A stretch of DNA of 64,000 nucleotides from Desulfatiglandales bacterium. Its GTDB lineage: Bacteria > Desulfobacterota > DSM-4660 > Desulfatiglandales > Desulfatiglandaceae. Each line of letters begins with the position of its first letter. The stretch's first letter is position 1. The notes under the pieces were generated by a model, which saw only the letters and a program-made list of their open reading frames with translations, was not told the DNA's origin and made no database searches. The stretch spans positions 1,056,001 through 1,120,000 of the forward strand of contig OY759599.1 of assembly GCA_963662465.1 (NCBI GenBank). The letters are read 5' to 3'. Shown here in pieces: positions 35,899 through 46,479 of the stretch. A program made the translations under genes and the position numbers.

Positions 35899-38781
35899 CT
35901 AAGTGTTCCGCCGGCGGGTTATTGGGCGAATGCCCGCGGCGGCCATCAGGAGAATGAAAAGGATCATCCCCCATTCCGACAGGGTGGGGATCGGCGCCGC
36001 GGTCACCCCCACATTTCCGGGATCCACGATTTCGCCGTTTTGGATCCCGTCCTGATCGCCTTCTCCGCCGTCGGTCAAAATCAGGACAAAGGTATTGTCC
36101 CCGTCGTCCAGCCCTTCCACATTCCCGTAAGGGGTGTAGGCGCCGGTTTGCGCGTCGAACTTGTAGAAAACGGATCCCGCTGAAATGTTTTCGGTCATAG
36201 TGAAAACCATACGGATTGTCCCGCCCTGCGGCACATTCACCACTTTGAAGTCCATAAGGCCCCACGGAAAGGTGGTATCGACCGGCAGGGTTCCGCCGGC
36301 CTCCCCGCTGTCCATGGAGAGCGCATAGGGTCCGCCCGTCGTCCGCTCAATTTGCATGCGGCATCCGGCCGCCGGTCCTTCGGCAAAAACGGCGTCGGCC
36401 GTTCCCTGAACCACGGTGCAGGTTTCCCCCGCAATGGTCATGGTTCCGGTTCGGGGCGGGTTTTGGGAACCGTTTTCAGCGACCCGGTAGGTCACGGTTC
36501 CCTTCCCCGTGCTCCGGGTTCCGTCGGTGATGCTGATCCAGTCATTGTTGGAAGCGGCGGTCCACTGGCAAACCGCATCAATGGTGACCGCAACCGTTCG
36601 GTCGGCCATGGCCTCCGGGCCGTATTGAACATTTGTGGGGTTGATCACCGCCTGGCAAGTGCTCCACTGGGCGTAGAGGGTCACATTGGCTTCGGGCATG
36701 TCAAATTTTTCTCCCGGGTTGTAAGAGGTGCCGCTGCCGTCCGGTGTCGTGTTCCAGTGGCTGAAGGTCGCGTCGGTTTTCACCAGGGTCCCTTTATCCA
36801 GTACCGTGACCTCATCTCCCTGCTGGTAGGCCTTGTCGTCGGTGGGGGATTCGCCCCCGGTATTGCCGTTGCCGTTGTAGGTCACCCGGTAGGTGGGGGC
36901 AAAATTGGCGGTGACGCTCTTCGCCTCGTCCATGGTGAGGGTGGCCGGATTGTTCGAACCCGTAAGTGCACCCGACCAGTCGGTAAAGGTGTAATGGGCG
37001 TTGGCGTTGGCGGTCAATTCAACCTGTTCCCCATGTTCGTACTGAACCTTATCGGGATTTTTGGTCACCGTGCCGCCCGCTGCCGGATTCGCGGTGGTGG
37101 TGAGGGAATACACGTTGATGCTCCAGTGCGCATAGAGCCTGTGATTCTCGGCAGTGTCCACAGGGGTGCTGGATGTCACCTGCGTCCCACCCGTAGCGAC
37201 CGTGAACCACCCGGCAAAGGTGTACCCGGCATGACTGGTCGTCGCCAGATCCCCATAAGTTTCGCCGTACGTCACCGACTTTTCTTCCGGTACGGGAGTG
37301 CTCCCGCCGTTGGCGTCGAAGGTCACTGTGTACTCATTGGCTGTCCACTGGGCGTAAAGGGTCACATTGGCGCCGGGCATGTTGAAGGAGTCTCCCGGGT
37401 TGTAAGGCGCGCCGCCGCCGTTTGCCGCCGTGTTCCAGTTTTTGAAGGTATGGCCGGTTTTGACCAGGGTCCATTTATCTAGAACCTCGACCTTTTCCCC
37501 CTGCTGGTAGGCATTGCTGTCGCAGAGGGCTTTACCGCTGGTATTGCCGTTGCCGTCATAGGTCACTCGGTAGGTGGGGAACGTATAGGCTCCGATGGTG
37601 GGGCTGGTGGGCTGCCGAAGCGCCCCCCGTTGGTCCGTGGTGATTTTGTCGGCTTCCTGCACCGTGGGCACATTATCCCAGTCGGTGAGTTTGTGAGGAT
37701 TATTGTCGTTGTCAAGAAAATAGTAGTATCCGCCCGCGGCATTGTAATAGACGTACGCGCCGCCGAATACCGCCGGGCAGGATGAATTGAGCACCGCCAT
37801 GGTTTGGGTGGGACCGCCGTTGTCTTCCAGGGGTCCCAGATCCCCGGCCGTGTAAGCGTCGGTATTGTTGGGCGCCAGGTTATTTCCGGAAATTGTTCCG
37901 TATGCGTCGCCATACCAGGTGTAATAGGCAGTGGCAGCATCGCTATTGACATCAACGTATACGTCGCCTCCATCTGGAGCCGAGTTATTGACGACGATGC
38001 TGTTCAACAGGTAGCAGTGACCACCGCTTTGATATATTCCACCACCACCCAGATCGGCCGTATTGCCGCTGACGGTGCAGTTGGTCAGGGTCGCCGTTCC
38101 TGAGACAAATATCCCCCCGCCTCTACGAGAGCGGGAGCCTCCGGCAGTGTTCCCGCTGACGGTGCAGTTGGTCAGGGTCGCCGTTCCTGAGACATATATC
38201 CCCCCGCCTGAACCGATTTGGTTAAAGCCTTCGGCAGTGTTTCCGCTGATAGTGCAGTTGGTCAGGGTCGCCGTTCCTGAGACATATATCCCCCCGCCAG
38301 CATAGTAAGCCTTGGACCCGGACACCGTGACCGCATCCATCTTCAGGGTGCTGCCCGAAAAATAAATCGCCCCCCCATACCTAGTAACACTACCTCCGTT
38401 AACGGCCATATTGGAAATATTGACCGTCTTGTCGGCGGCGTCAATGTTGAACACACGCCACGGGCTCCCACCCGGGGTCGGAACCCGCACCGTCACGCAC
38501 GTCCCGCTCCCGGCCATGTTGGCCCCGTTGATGGTGAGGCTTTTATCGGTAATCTCCAATTCTGACTCAATCTCGATGGTCTCTGAACCGTTAGACAGAT
38601 TAAAGGTAATGATGTCGTCGTCCTCTGCATCGATAATGGCCTGGCGCAGGGTTCCCAAACCCGAATCGCCATTGTTGGTCACCACAATCGTATCGGCCCA
38701 TGCGATGCCACTCATCCCCAGGCTCAAAAACAACACCAAAATCACTCCCGTCAAAAAGCTGTAGATTCCACCTGTACGCAT
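35899..38781 (-). CDS. Large surface protein: beta-helix repeats, InlB-B/Flg_new-type repeats, BACON-like domain, IPTL-CTERM sorting signal
   Basis: Signal peptide; GGGIxVSGTATLTNCTxSGNTA x3; VTYxGNG..TLYAQW repeats; C-terminal IPTLSEWGMILFILLMAAAGI..RRR. Confidence 0.88.
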   Translation of the reverse strand: MRTGGIYSFLTGVILVLFLSLGMSGIAWADTIVVTNNGDSGLGTLRQAIIDAEDDDIITFNLSNGSETIEIESELEITDKSLTINGANMAGSGTCVTVRVPTPGGSPWRVFNIDAADKTVNISNMAVNGGSVTRYGGAIYFSGSTLKMDAVTVSGSKAYYAGGGIYVSGTATLTNCTISGNTAEGFNQIGSGGGIYVSGTATLTNCTVSGNTAGGSRSRRGGGIFVSGTATLTNCTVSGNTADLGGGGIYQSGGHCYLLNSIVVNNSAPDGGDVYVDVNSDAATAYYTWYGDAYGTISGNNLAPNNTDAYTAGDLGPLEDNGGPTQTMAVLNSSCPAVFGGAYVYYNAAGGYYYFLDNDNNPHKLTDWDNVPTVQEADKITTDQRGALRQPTSPTIGAYTFPTYRVTYDGNGNTSGKALCDSNAYQQGEKVEVLDKWTLVKTGHTFKNWNTAANGGGAPYNPGDSFNMPGANVTLYAQWTANEYTVTFDANGGSTPVPEEKSVTYGETYGDLATTSHAGYTFAGWFTVATGGTQVTSSTPVDTAENHRLYAHWSINVYSLTTTANPAAGGTVTKNPDKVQYEHGEQVELTANANAHYTFTDWSGALTGSNNPATLTMDEAKSVTANFAPTYRVTYNGNGNTGGESPTDDKAYQQGDEVTVLDKGTLVKTDATFSHWNTTPDGSGTSYNPGEKFDMPEANVTLYAQWSTCQAVINPTNVQYGPEAMADRTVAVTIDAVCQWTAASNNDWISITDGTRSTGKGTVTYRVAENGSQNPPRTGTMTIAGETCTVVQGTADAVFAEGPAAGCRMQIERTTGGPYALSMDSGEAGGTLPVDTTFPWGLMDFKVVNVPQGGTIRMVFTMTENISAGSVFYKFDAQTGAYTPYGNVEGLDDGDNTFVLILTDGGEGDQDGIQNGEIVDPGNVGVTAAPIPTLSEWGMILFILLMAAAGIRPITRRRNT

Positions 38782-38859
38782 TTTTATTCCTCCTCCGTAG
38801 CAAATTGAGCGTAGTCCGCAAATACCCGTCCGCTAAAAACAAGGGTCCGGGATGAAAAG

Positions 38860-38998
38860 GGTGCATCCGCGGTTTCTGACATGTGCGGCTAAAGCCGCAC
38901 CTACAGCACTTCGAAAACAGTACGACGGAACGGTAGGTGCGAAGTTATTCGCACCGTGACGGATGAGTCGCTGTTCTGTTTGAAACATCGGATGCACC
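38860..38998. mobile_element. MITE-like element enclosing two GTAG REPs
   Basis: 22-bp imperfect IRs GGTGCATCCGCGGTTTCTGACA / TGTTTGAAACATCGGATGCACC; REPs at 38882-38904 and 38933-38954 related to 7810-7869. Confidence 0.6.
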
Positions 38999-39314
38999 TG
39001 ACGGAAACCCCGCCAATTGCATGCTTCGCAAAAAGACGCCGGCAGCATCTTATATTTGTCGCATGCTGCGGCAAAAGCTTTTATAAGCCTTGGCGGAGGC
39101 GGGCATCAGAGTGACTGGTGTTCAGACCTCGGTCCGGTTTTCTTTGAACGAAATCCCGTCGGAAATGCCGATTAGTGAAAAAACATATATTCCGTGATTT
39201 CCCTTGTGTCAAGGGGAAAATATGCGGGTATTTTCCGTTCACCGTTGGTCAAGGTTCCCTCCCCTGTTTCTTCAAATGAAAAAAATCCCATGGGTCCTTC
39301 CATGAAAACCCATT

Positions 39315-39395
39315 TTTACAAAACATTTACAAAACCTTGAAAAGCCCCTGATAAAGGATTTACGAACGGGTGATAGATTGAAGGCAATATGAAAA
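39315..39395 (+). promoter_or_regulatory. Promoter family 1, copy 2 (upstream of DUF4956 operon)
   Basis: Identical 29-bp core plus CCTGATAAAGGATTTACGAAC. Confidence 0.75.
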
Positions 39396-39420
39396 TTGAA
39401 TTGATGGCCATGAGGAATGA

Positions 39421-40107
39421 TTGATGCCTGACATACTGACACTGCAAACCACTTCGGCGCACCCGACGCTGATCACCGTAATCTATATGGTAATGATGTC
39501 TTTTCTGCTGTCCGTTCTGGTGGCAATGACCTATGAAAAAACATTCCGCGGACTTTCCTATTCCAGAAATTTTGTTCAGGCTCTGGTGCTTGCTTCCATT
39601 GTGGCGGCAACCGTCATGCAGGCCATCGGCGACAGTCTGGCCAGCGGCCTTGGCATGATGGGAGCGCTGGCCATCATCCGTTTCCGTACCGGCCTGAAAG
39701 ATCCCAGAGACATTATTTTCATGTTCGCATCCCTGGCTTCCGGTATTTCCTGCGGTGTGGGGGCCTGTTATATTGCCGTTGTCGGCACCTTGGGCTTTTG
39801 CATTTCGGCCTTTATTCTATATCTTTCACCTTTCGGTCAAACGAGTTGTTTTGACGGCATGCTGCGATTTAATATGGAAAATGATGCAAAAGACAAAGGA
39901 CTTTTAGGGGATATTTTAAAAAAGAACTGTCAAAAATTCGCCCTGATCACGCTTCGGGATGCCGCTCAGGGAAAACGTCTGGACTATGCCTATCATATTA
40001 AGATGAAAAGAGGGCGGGACATGGCCCAACTGGTGGACGAGCTCAATGCCATCGCCCATATCGGAGGCGTTAACCTTCTACTTCAAGAGACAACAGTGGA
40101 ACTCTAG
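39421..40107 (+). CDS. DUF4956-family membrane protein
   Basis: YSRNFVQAL, GLGMMGALAIIRFRTGLKDPRDI motif; several TM helices plus soluble C-terminal domain. Confidence 0.8.
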   Translation: MMPDILTLQTTSAHPTLITVIYMVMMSFLLSVLVAMTYEKTFRGLSYSRNFVQALVLASIVAATVMQAIGDSLASGLGMMGALAIIRFRTGLKDPRDIIFMFASLASGISCGVGACYIAVVGTLGFCISAFILYLSPFGQTSCFDGMLRFNMENDAKDKGLLGDILKKNCQKFALITLRDAAQGKRLDYAYHIKMKRGRDMAQLVDELNAIAHIGGVNLLLQETTVEL

Positions 40108-40126
40108 TACTCCAGGGAGATCAACA

Positions 40127-42118
40127 ATGCGAAAAAGAAAATTGCTTTGGCTGGTATGGATTCTGGCATTTTTGATCATCGCCAAAATCAATATGGACGG
40201 GAGTCAGGAAAACACGGCTTTTCAGGGGATTGCCGAAAGTCGTGAGGTGATTGTCAATTCGGAGAATGCCGTTGAAATCCGCAATATCCATGTCGCACCG
40301 GGTCAGTCAATAGAAAAAGGCCGGCTGCTGGTGGCGCTGGAACGCCGGGAGCTGACGCTTAAGATCAACGAAATCTCCCACCGCCTGGAGGAACTCAAGT
40401 TGCAGGGGGGGGTAGACCGTGACGGCATTCGGTCTCAAATCGTCGAGTTCCAGGCAGAGCAAAAAATAATCATCGCCCGGGCGGATCATGAAATCAACCG
40501 GCTCCAGTCCCGATTGGCCCTGAACAAAGAACTGACCCAAGGGCTGACAAGCCTGGCGCCGGAAGACCGGAATGACAAAAAACGCAGCCCCGTTGAAACG
40601 GAAATCAAGAATCTGAAAGAGGAAAAGCGACTGAAGCGCTCACAAATTCAGTTGCGAATTAATGCGCTTAAAAAGCAGCTTTCTTCACCGGAAAAGCCGG
40701 TAGATATCAGGACACAAAGCCTGGAAAAGGAACTGGCCTTATTGCTGACGGAAAAAAAGAAGCTGCTGGTGTATGCCCAAATGGATGCCGTGGTGGGGTC
40801 GATTCTATGCAAGGTGGGGGAAAAAGTATCGCCCTTTGTTCCGATCCTGACCCTGTACCGGCCATCCCCTTCTTTTGTAAAGGCATATATCCACGAGGCC
40901 GTGCATCACAGGGCCAAAGTGGGAGAAACAGTGACGCTTGTATCCCAGAGTGGCAGAAGGAAACGCGTGACGGGGAAAATCGAGGGGACCGGTTCCCGGA
41001 TTGTGGAATACCCCGTAAGGCTCCAAAAAAGGCCCGACCTTGTGATACTGGGACGGGAGGTGGAAATCCGTCTTCCGGAGGGAAATCCGTTCCTGCTGGG
41101 AGAAAAGGTGATGGTCTATCCTTTGAAAAGGACGGAAAACCGGTATCTGGCCTGGATAAAAAAGAAAGTCAGCCCGTGGCTGGGGTTGAACCTTTTTGCG
41201 GCGGAGCCGGAAAACTCGGATCAAAAGCGAAACGTACCCGTTGATATTCAACGGTCCGCTTCCCTGAATGATATTCCCGAAATTGAGGCATCCGGCCTGA
41301 TTTACCTGCCGGATCTGAACCGCTTTCTTCTGATCAGCGATGAGACAAAACAGATGGCGCCCGTGCTTTACCTGATGGATCCCGACGGCGTTATTCGAAG
41401 CCAAACCCGAATTCGAGGGATGGATGCCATTGATGATATGGAGGCCATATGCGCGGATGCGTCCGGCAATATCTTTCTTGCCGGTTCACAGAGCCGGAAA
41501 AAGGACGGTACGCTCCCGGACAACCGAAAGATCCTGGCAAAAATCAAAAGAACCGGAACCGATTTTGAGATTTTGAAACGATGTTATCTCTTCGATCTGC
41601 TGAAAAATGCCGCCGGGAAAAATCGTGACGCACAGTGGGCCCGCTTTATCAAGAGTGGGGACATTGAAATTGAAGGGATGTTTTACGAGCAGCAGGACCT
41701 GTATCTGGGATTTAAAAAACCGCTTAAAGACGGACGGGCTGTTATATTGAGAATCAGAGAGATTGAAAAGGCCCTGGAAGAGAACCGGATTCGCCCGGAT
41801 CGGGTGGACATCCGGTGGGAATTGGACTTGCAAAGTGATGATTCCAAGAAAGGAGCGGGAATTTCAGATTTGCTCTTTCATGACAACCGGCTGTATGTGC
41901 TCTTCAGAGCGAGAAAAAAGGGCTGCCGAACAGGTATGCTGCGGATATTTGATGCGGAGGGAATCCTGATGGAAGAATACGGTTTCGGGAATCTGAATCC
42001 GGAAGGCATTGCCTTTTGTAAAGACCCCATGGATGCAAAAAAAAGGAATCTTGTGATCACTTTTGACGGCGGCGGCAAAAATCCTTCAAAAATGCTCCGG
42101 ATCGGAGTCCCGAAATGA
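40127..42118 (+). CDS. HlyD-like periplasmic adaptor fused to a C-terminal beta-propeller-like domain
   Basis: N-terminal TM; VAPGQSIEKGRLL half-lipoyl motif, long coiled coil, KVGEKVSPF; then EASGL..ISDE, DMEAI, EIEGM, NPEGI repeats; GGGAG RBS before ATG 40127. Confidence 0.75.
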   Translation: MRKRKLLWLVWILAFLIIAKINMDGSQENTAFQGIAESREVIVNSENAVEIRNIHVAPGQSIEKGRLLVALERRELTLKINEISHRLEELKLQGGVDRDGIRSQIVEFQAEQKIIIARADHEINRLQSRLALNKELTQGLTSLAPEDRNDKKRSPVETEIKNLKEEKRLKRSQIQLRINALKKQLSSPEKPVDIRTQSLEKELALLLTEKKKLLVYAQMDAVVGSILCKVGEKVSPFVPILTLYRPSPSFVKAYIHEAVHHRAKVGETVTLVSQSGRRKRVTGKIEGTGSRIVEYPVRLQKRPDLVILGREVEIRLPEGNPFLLGEKVMVYPLKRTENRYLAWIKKKVSPWLGLNLFAAEPENSDQKRNVPVDIQRSASLNDIPEIEASGLIYLPDLNRFLLISDETKQMAPVLYLMDPDGVIRSQTRIRGMDAIDDMEAICADASGNIFLAGSQSRKKDGTLPDNRKILAKIKRTGTDFEILKRCYLFDLLKNAAGKNRDAQWARFIKSGDIEIEGMFYEQQDLYLGFKKPLKDGRAVILRIREIEKALEENRIRPDRVDIRWELDLQSDDSKKGAGISDLLFHDNRLYVLFRARKKGCRTGMLRIFDAEGILMEEYGFGNLNPEGIAFCKDPMDAKKRNLVITFDGGGKNPSKMLRIGVPK

Positions 42119-43389
42119 GAATTTTTTTCTTGAGTATGTTGTGGGGTCTCTGTTTCATGCTGTTCACGCCTGTTTGTCAGTGTGAAACGCCCATTCGAAT
42201 CAGTGATTTTCTGTCCGGCGCTTCAACGGATGACTTTCTGCCGGCAGAGAAAGAGGTCCTTTCCTTTTTGGAGAAAAATCAGGACGCGCCTTTTTTGAAT
42301 GAGTTGGAATTCCGGTTGAACGTTGATGAGTTTGATTACGATCGGCAGGAGTTTGCCATCCGTTTCAAAACCCGGAGCTTTGGTGAAATGCGGGATCTCA
42401 AAAAGCTTGCCCTTGCAGGCATGGCATCCCAGGAAGCACAATACGGACTGCTGCTCCAGCGGGCCTTGAAAAGGAGATATGATATTGTTCTTGAATACCT
42501 TTACTGCCGTGAAATGATCACCGCTTATGGGGAACTGACGAAAGTGTGTGAAGATCGGCTTCATGTGCTTAAAAGGAGTTCAGAGGTTCCAGGCGTGGAT
42601 CCGTTGAAACTCAGTTATGCGCTTGTGGATGCTGAAAACGATCTACTGGATGTGGAGATGGAAACCGAAAGGTTAAAAGACCGTTCCAGGCTGATTTCCG
42701 ATGAAATCCGGAGAGATATGGGGACGAACAGCCCCATTGCCTTTGAAAATGAAAAAAGAGTGGCGATAAATGACATTACAAATGAGATTCGGCAAATTGC
42801 CGAAGTTCCGGCGGTGACAGCCGAAATTCAAAGCGCCCAAAAAAAAGCTGATCTGGCGGCGGCCCGTTATGCGCTGGAAAAATCGCGGAATGGCGCGTGG
42901 TTCAGCTTTATTGAAACCGCCTACGATCTGGAACAACGGTATGATTTTGAAAAAGCCTTTTCCATTGGATTCGGCATTACAATACCCATCGGCACAACGA
43001 GCAGGCCGGAGATGCGGGAAAAAAAGCTAAAGGAATTGAATGCCAAAAGGGTCTGCGAAATGCTCAAACAACGGAACCGGGACGAGACGCTCCGTCTTTC
43101 AAATGAGTTGCTGCACTTGATTCGCCGGTATGAACGCTTTTACGAAAAAAAGCGATCCAGCGGTGGAAAATGCCACTACGATGTCTGGCAACGCACGGAG
43201 GGAACTGATCCCATGATTTTGCTGAAAATCAGGGAATCCATGTTGAAAAAACAGATCGGGAAAACAAAGCGCCTCTTTGAAATCTTCAGGTGCTACACCA
43301 ACCTGCTGGATGTTTCCGGAAAACTGCTCGAAAAACCGTTTAGAAATTATCTGACCCATGCCCGGGAGCATTTCGAATTCCATGTCTGA
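42115..43389 (+). CDS. TolC-like outer-membrane channel candidate
   Basis: Signal peptide; two repeats of a beta-strand pair followed by long helices (FSIGFGITIPI); stop-start overlap with the HlyD-like gene. Confidence 0.55.
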   Translation: MRIFFLSMLWGLCFMLFTPVCQCETPIRISDFLSGASTDDFLPAEKEVLSFLEKNQDAPFLNELEFRLNVDEFDYDRQEFAIRFKTRSFGEMRDLKKLALAGMASQEAQYGLLLQRALKRRYDIVLEYLYCREMITAYGELTKVCEDRLHVLKRSSEVPGVDPLKLSYALVDAENDLLDVEMETERLKDRSRLISDEIRRDMGTNSPIAFENEKRVAINDITNEIRQIAEVPAVTAEIQSAQKKADLAAARYALEKSRNGAWFSFIETAYDLEQRYDFEKAFSIGFGITIPIGTTSRPEMREKKLKELNAKRVCEMLKQRNRDETLRLSNELLHLIRRYERFYEKKRSSGGKCHYDVWQRTEGTDPMILLKIRESMLKKQIGKTKRLFEIFRCYTNLLDVSGKLLEKPFRNYLTHAREHFEFHV

Positions 43390-44164
43390 GATGCCCTCCT
43401 TGCTGGAACGTTATGAGTTGAAATTCGTCATACCGGAGCGCATGGTGGATTCCATTTCCGATTTTGCTTCGGTTTATTGCAGGCCCGACCGCCATTCGGA
43501 ACAAAGCCCGGACGGATTTTATTCCGTTTACAGCCTTTATTTTGATTCCCCGGATTTTCTTTTCCTCCGAAGAAGGCAGGAGGGGGTGGCAAACCGATTC
43601 AATATGCGGGTTCGCACCTATAACAAAGACAGCGGGATGCCCTGTTTTCTCGAAGTCAAACAGAAAAGAGACGGGATCACTCGAAAATACCGGACAAAGG
43701 TTGAAGATGAAAACTGGGAGTGCATACTGGAAAGGGCGGACCGCGGATATCGGGGGGTTGGCGAAAAAGAGAATGCCGACCTTTTTGTCCGACTGGCCTG
43801 TTCCTACGGGGCTTCACCTAAGGTGCTTACCTCTTACCGCCGAAAAGCCTGGGTTTCGGTGGTGGATGACTACGCGCGTGTCACCTTTGACAGGGAACTG
43901 AGATGTCAGCCCGAAGAACGATGCATGCTTATTCCCGATTCCCGACGCATGACTGCTTATGATAACAGCACCCTGTTCGCTTCTGAATGCAGTATTGTTC
44001 TGGAACTGAAATGTTATGCCGCCAAAGTTCCCTTGTGGATGCTGGACCTGATCCGATATTTTGATCTTTGTCGGTGCAGTTTTTCAAAATATGTGAACAG
44101 CATGAGCGCCATATGGGAACAATGGGGCTACGACCGGGGAGACAGGACGGCCGCGGTACAGTGA
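43382..44164 (+). CDS. VTC-domain (polyphosphate polymerase-like, TTM fold) protein
   Basis: RYELKF, VYSLYFDS, RVRTY, FLEVKQK, YRRKAW, RVTFD, VLELK, FSKY motifs. Confidence 0.88.
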   Translation: MSEMPSLLERYELKFVIPERMVDSISDFASVYCRPDRHSEQSPDGFYSVYSLYFDSPDFLFLRRRQEGVANRFNMRVRTYNKDSGMPCFLEVKQKRDGITRKYRTKVEDENWECILERADRGYRGVGEKENADLFVRLACSYGASPKVLTSYRRKAWVSVVDDYARVTFDRELRCQPEERCMLIPDSRRMTAYDNSTLFASECSIVLELKCYAAKVPLWMLDLIRYFDLCRCSFSKYVNSMSAIWEQWGYDRGDRTAAVQ

Positions 44165-44198
44165 AACCTACGGGCTTTCTGAAAAATGAAAATTCATT

Positions 44199-44278
44199 TT
44201 TACAAAACATTTACAAAACCTTGAAAAGCTCCTGATAAAGGATTTACGAACAGATGATATATTGAGGGCAGCATGAAA
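44199..44278 (+). promoter_or_regulatory. Promoter family 1, copy 3 (upstream of first cotH)
   Basis: Identical 29-bp core plus CCTGATAAAGGATTTACGAAC. Confidence 0.75.
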
Positions 44279-44330
44279 GCGGATGCTTGGGTAACGATTC
44301 CAACAAAAAATCAAACAGGGGAGTTGAATT

Positions 44331-46361
44331 ATGGAAAGAACAAAATGGAAAGTAAAAACTTATTTTACATCTCTAAAGGTCATGGGAGCAGTTTTTTCCG
44401 TGCTGCTGCTTGTGGGGCTGTTTTACAGTCATGCGCGTGCGGCTTCGGAGGCGCCGGACATCAAACTAAACGGCATGGATGACTTGACCACCCTCGCATC
44501 TACCGACACCCTTACAGCCACCATCCAAATGGATGCGGGCGATCAGATGGGAGAACCGGCCGATTGGTGGATTGTCGCTCAAACGCCCATGGGATGGTAT
44601 TATTATGAATATCCCGACGGCTGGAATTCGGGTGGGGACGACATAGCGGATCTTAAGCCCGCTTATCAGGGCGCTCTTTTCAACCTGACGGATCCCATGG
44701 CGGTTCTGCGCGTGTCCGGACTTCCGGTGGGAAACTATGTATTCTATTTCGGGATTGACACCACGGTAAACGGTGTGATGGATGAAGGGTCCCTGGTGTA
44801 CGACCAGGTTGCTTTGCAGGTGGTGGAAGCTACAACTCCCGTTCTTTCATATATTTTTCCGGCAACGACCTATGCAGGTGCTTCCGATCAGACGCTTACC
44901 CTGTTGGGAAGCAATTTCGTGGAGGGGGCTACCGTGAATTTCAATGGTGTCAGCCGTGAAGCCACGGTTGTCAGTTCGACGCATCTCACGACCGAAATCA
45001 CGGCGGAAGAGCTGACCGATGCCGGCACGTATTCCGTCAGCGTCGCCAACGGAGGTGAAACGTCGGAGAGTCTCAATTTTACACTCCTCACCGTGACATT
45101 CGGTGAGACAGACATCGATGTTCCGGATTGGACCGCCGCGACCCATGAAAAGCTGGAGACGGAAGAGATCATCGCCAACCTGGATACGGTCTTCGATACA
45201 ACCCAGGTTCAACGCATGGATATCACCATTGACGCCGCTAACTGGAGCGTGATGCAGAGCAACCTGGCCGGCCTCAAAGCGCAAGTCGGGGGATCAACTG
45301 ATTTTTCATTGATGGATGATCCCATCGATGTTCCTTGTGATATCGAATACAACGGCAAGCAATGGTATCGGGTCGGTATCCGCTTCAAGGGCAATTCCAG
45401 TCTTTATGGCGCCAACAGCAACAAACTGCCTTTTAAACTCAACTTCGATAAATTCGAGGATATTTATCCGGCCATCAACAACCAGCGCTTCTATGGGTTT
45501 AAAAAGTTCAGTCTCAAAAATAACTGCAAGGACGCGTCGGAAATCCACGAATTGACGGCATCTGAACTTTTCCGTGATTTCGGCCTGAAAAGCTCCCATA
45601 CCGCTTTTTACAAGCTCTATGTGGATGTAGGCGGCGGGCCTGTTTATTTTGGGCTTTATACCCTGGTGGAGGAAGTGGACGACACCGTCATTAAAACCCA
45701 ATACAACGATAACGACGGCAATCTCTACAAGCCCGAGGAGGATGCGGCGACCTTCGCAACGGGCACTTTCAACACCTATGAATTTAGCAAGAAGACCAAT
45801 GAGAGCGATTTGGACTACAGCGATGTACAGGCGCTTTATGATGCTCTGAACTCCGATCTTCGCGTAACGGATCCAAGCACCTGGAAAACCAACCTTGAGG
45901 CAATTTTGGATGTTCCCGTCTTCCTCAAATGGTTTGCGGCGAATAATGTGCTCCAGAATTGGGACACCTATGGCGTCATGCCCCACAACTATTATCTGTA
46001 TCGGAATCCTGACACCCAGCTTTTCGAATGGATACCCTGGGACAACAACGAAGCCCTCGAACGGCGCTGCCTGAGTCTGGACGCGTCGGAAGTGACATCC
46101 CAATGGCCGCTGCTCCGCTACCTGCTGGATGATTCGGATTACGCGGAACAGTACCGGCAAAACGTGCATGAATTCGCCGAAAGCCTTTTCAATGCCACGC
46201 GGATGGCGCCTCTTTATGATGCCCTGGCGGCCTTGATAGAGGATGCGGTCCTGAGCGAAACCGCGGGCTATACCTTCACATCACCCAGGCAATTTTCCGA
46301 GGCTATCTCCACGCTGAAGGCCCATGTTACGGCTCGCGAGACGGCGGCTCTGGCATTTTAG
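44331..46361 (+). CDS. cotH: Secreted CotH-family kinase (N-terminal module A + IPT/TIG-like + CotH)
   Basis: Signal peptide; VGIRFKGNSS, KLPFKLNFD, GLYTLVEEVD, GNLYKP, WDTY..HNYYLY, WIPWDNNE. Confidence 0.88.
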   Translation: MERTKWKVKTYFTSLKVMGAVFSVLLLVGLFYSHARAASEAPDIKLNGMDDLTTLASTDTLTATIQMDAGDQMGEPADWWIVAQTPMGWYYYEYPDGWNSGGDDIADLKPAYQGALFNLTDPMAVLRVSGLPVGNYVFYFGIDTTVNGVMDEGSLVYDQVALQVVEATTPVLSYIFPATTYAGASDQTLTLLGSNFVEGATVNFNGVSREATVVSSTHLTTEITAEELTDAGTYSVSVANGGETSESLNFTLLTVTFGETDIDVPDWTAATHEKLETEEIIANLDTVFDTTQVQRMDITIDAANWSVMQSNLAGLKAQVGGSTDFSLMDDPIDVPCDIEYNGKQWYRVGIRFKGNSSLYGANSNKLPFKLNFDKFEDIYPAINNQRFYGFKKFSLKNNCKDASEIHELTASELFRDFGLKSSHTAFYKLYVDVGGGPVYFGLYTLVEEVDDTVIKTQYNDNDGNLYKPEEDAATFATGTFNTYEFSKKTNESDLDYSDVQALYDALNSDLRVTDPSTWKTNLEAILDVPVFLKWFAANNVLQNWDTYGVMPHNYYLYRNPDTQLFEWIPWDNNEALERRCLSLDASEVTSQWPLLRYLLDDSDYAEQYRQNVHEFAESLFNATRMAPLYDALAALIEDAVLSETAGYTFTSPRQFSEAISTLKAHVTARETAALAF

Positions 46362-46381
46362 ACTGACCGGGCGGCTTTGGT

Positions 46382-46412
46382 CATCGTTCCCACGCGGAGC
46401 GTGGGAACGATG
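46382..46412. repeat. REP-like palindrome, may also act as an RNA hairpin between genes
   Basis: CATCGTTCCCACGC-GGA-GCGTGGGAACGATG, 14-bp perfect stem. Confidence 0.75.
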
Positions 46413-46479
46413 CGCCTGACAATGAAAGCGGATCCTGAGTGACGATATCTTTGGAAACCATAAAAAGGGGTTGGATTGA

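Noticed and set aside
36352..37482. 376-aa plus-strand ORF and other long antisense ORFs (6667..7416, 45306..46169, 47305..48111)
   Set aside because: Fully overlap well-supported genes on the opposite strand and show no recognisable motifs
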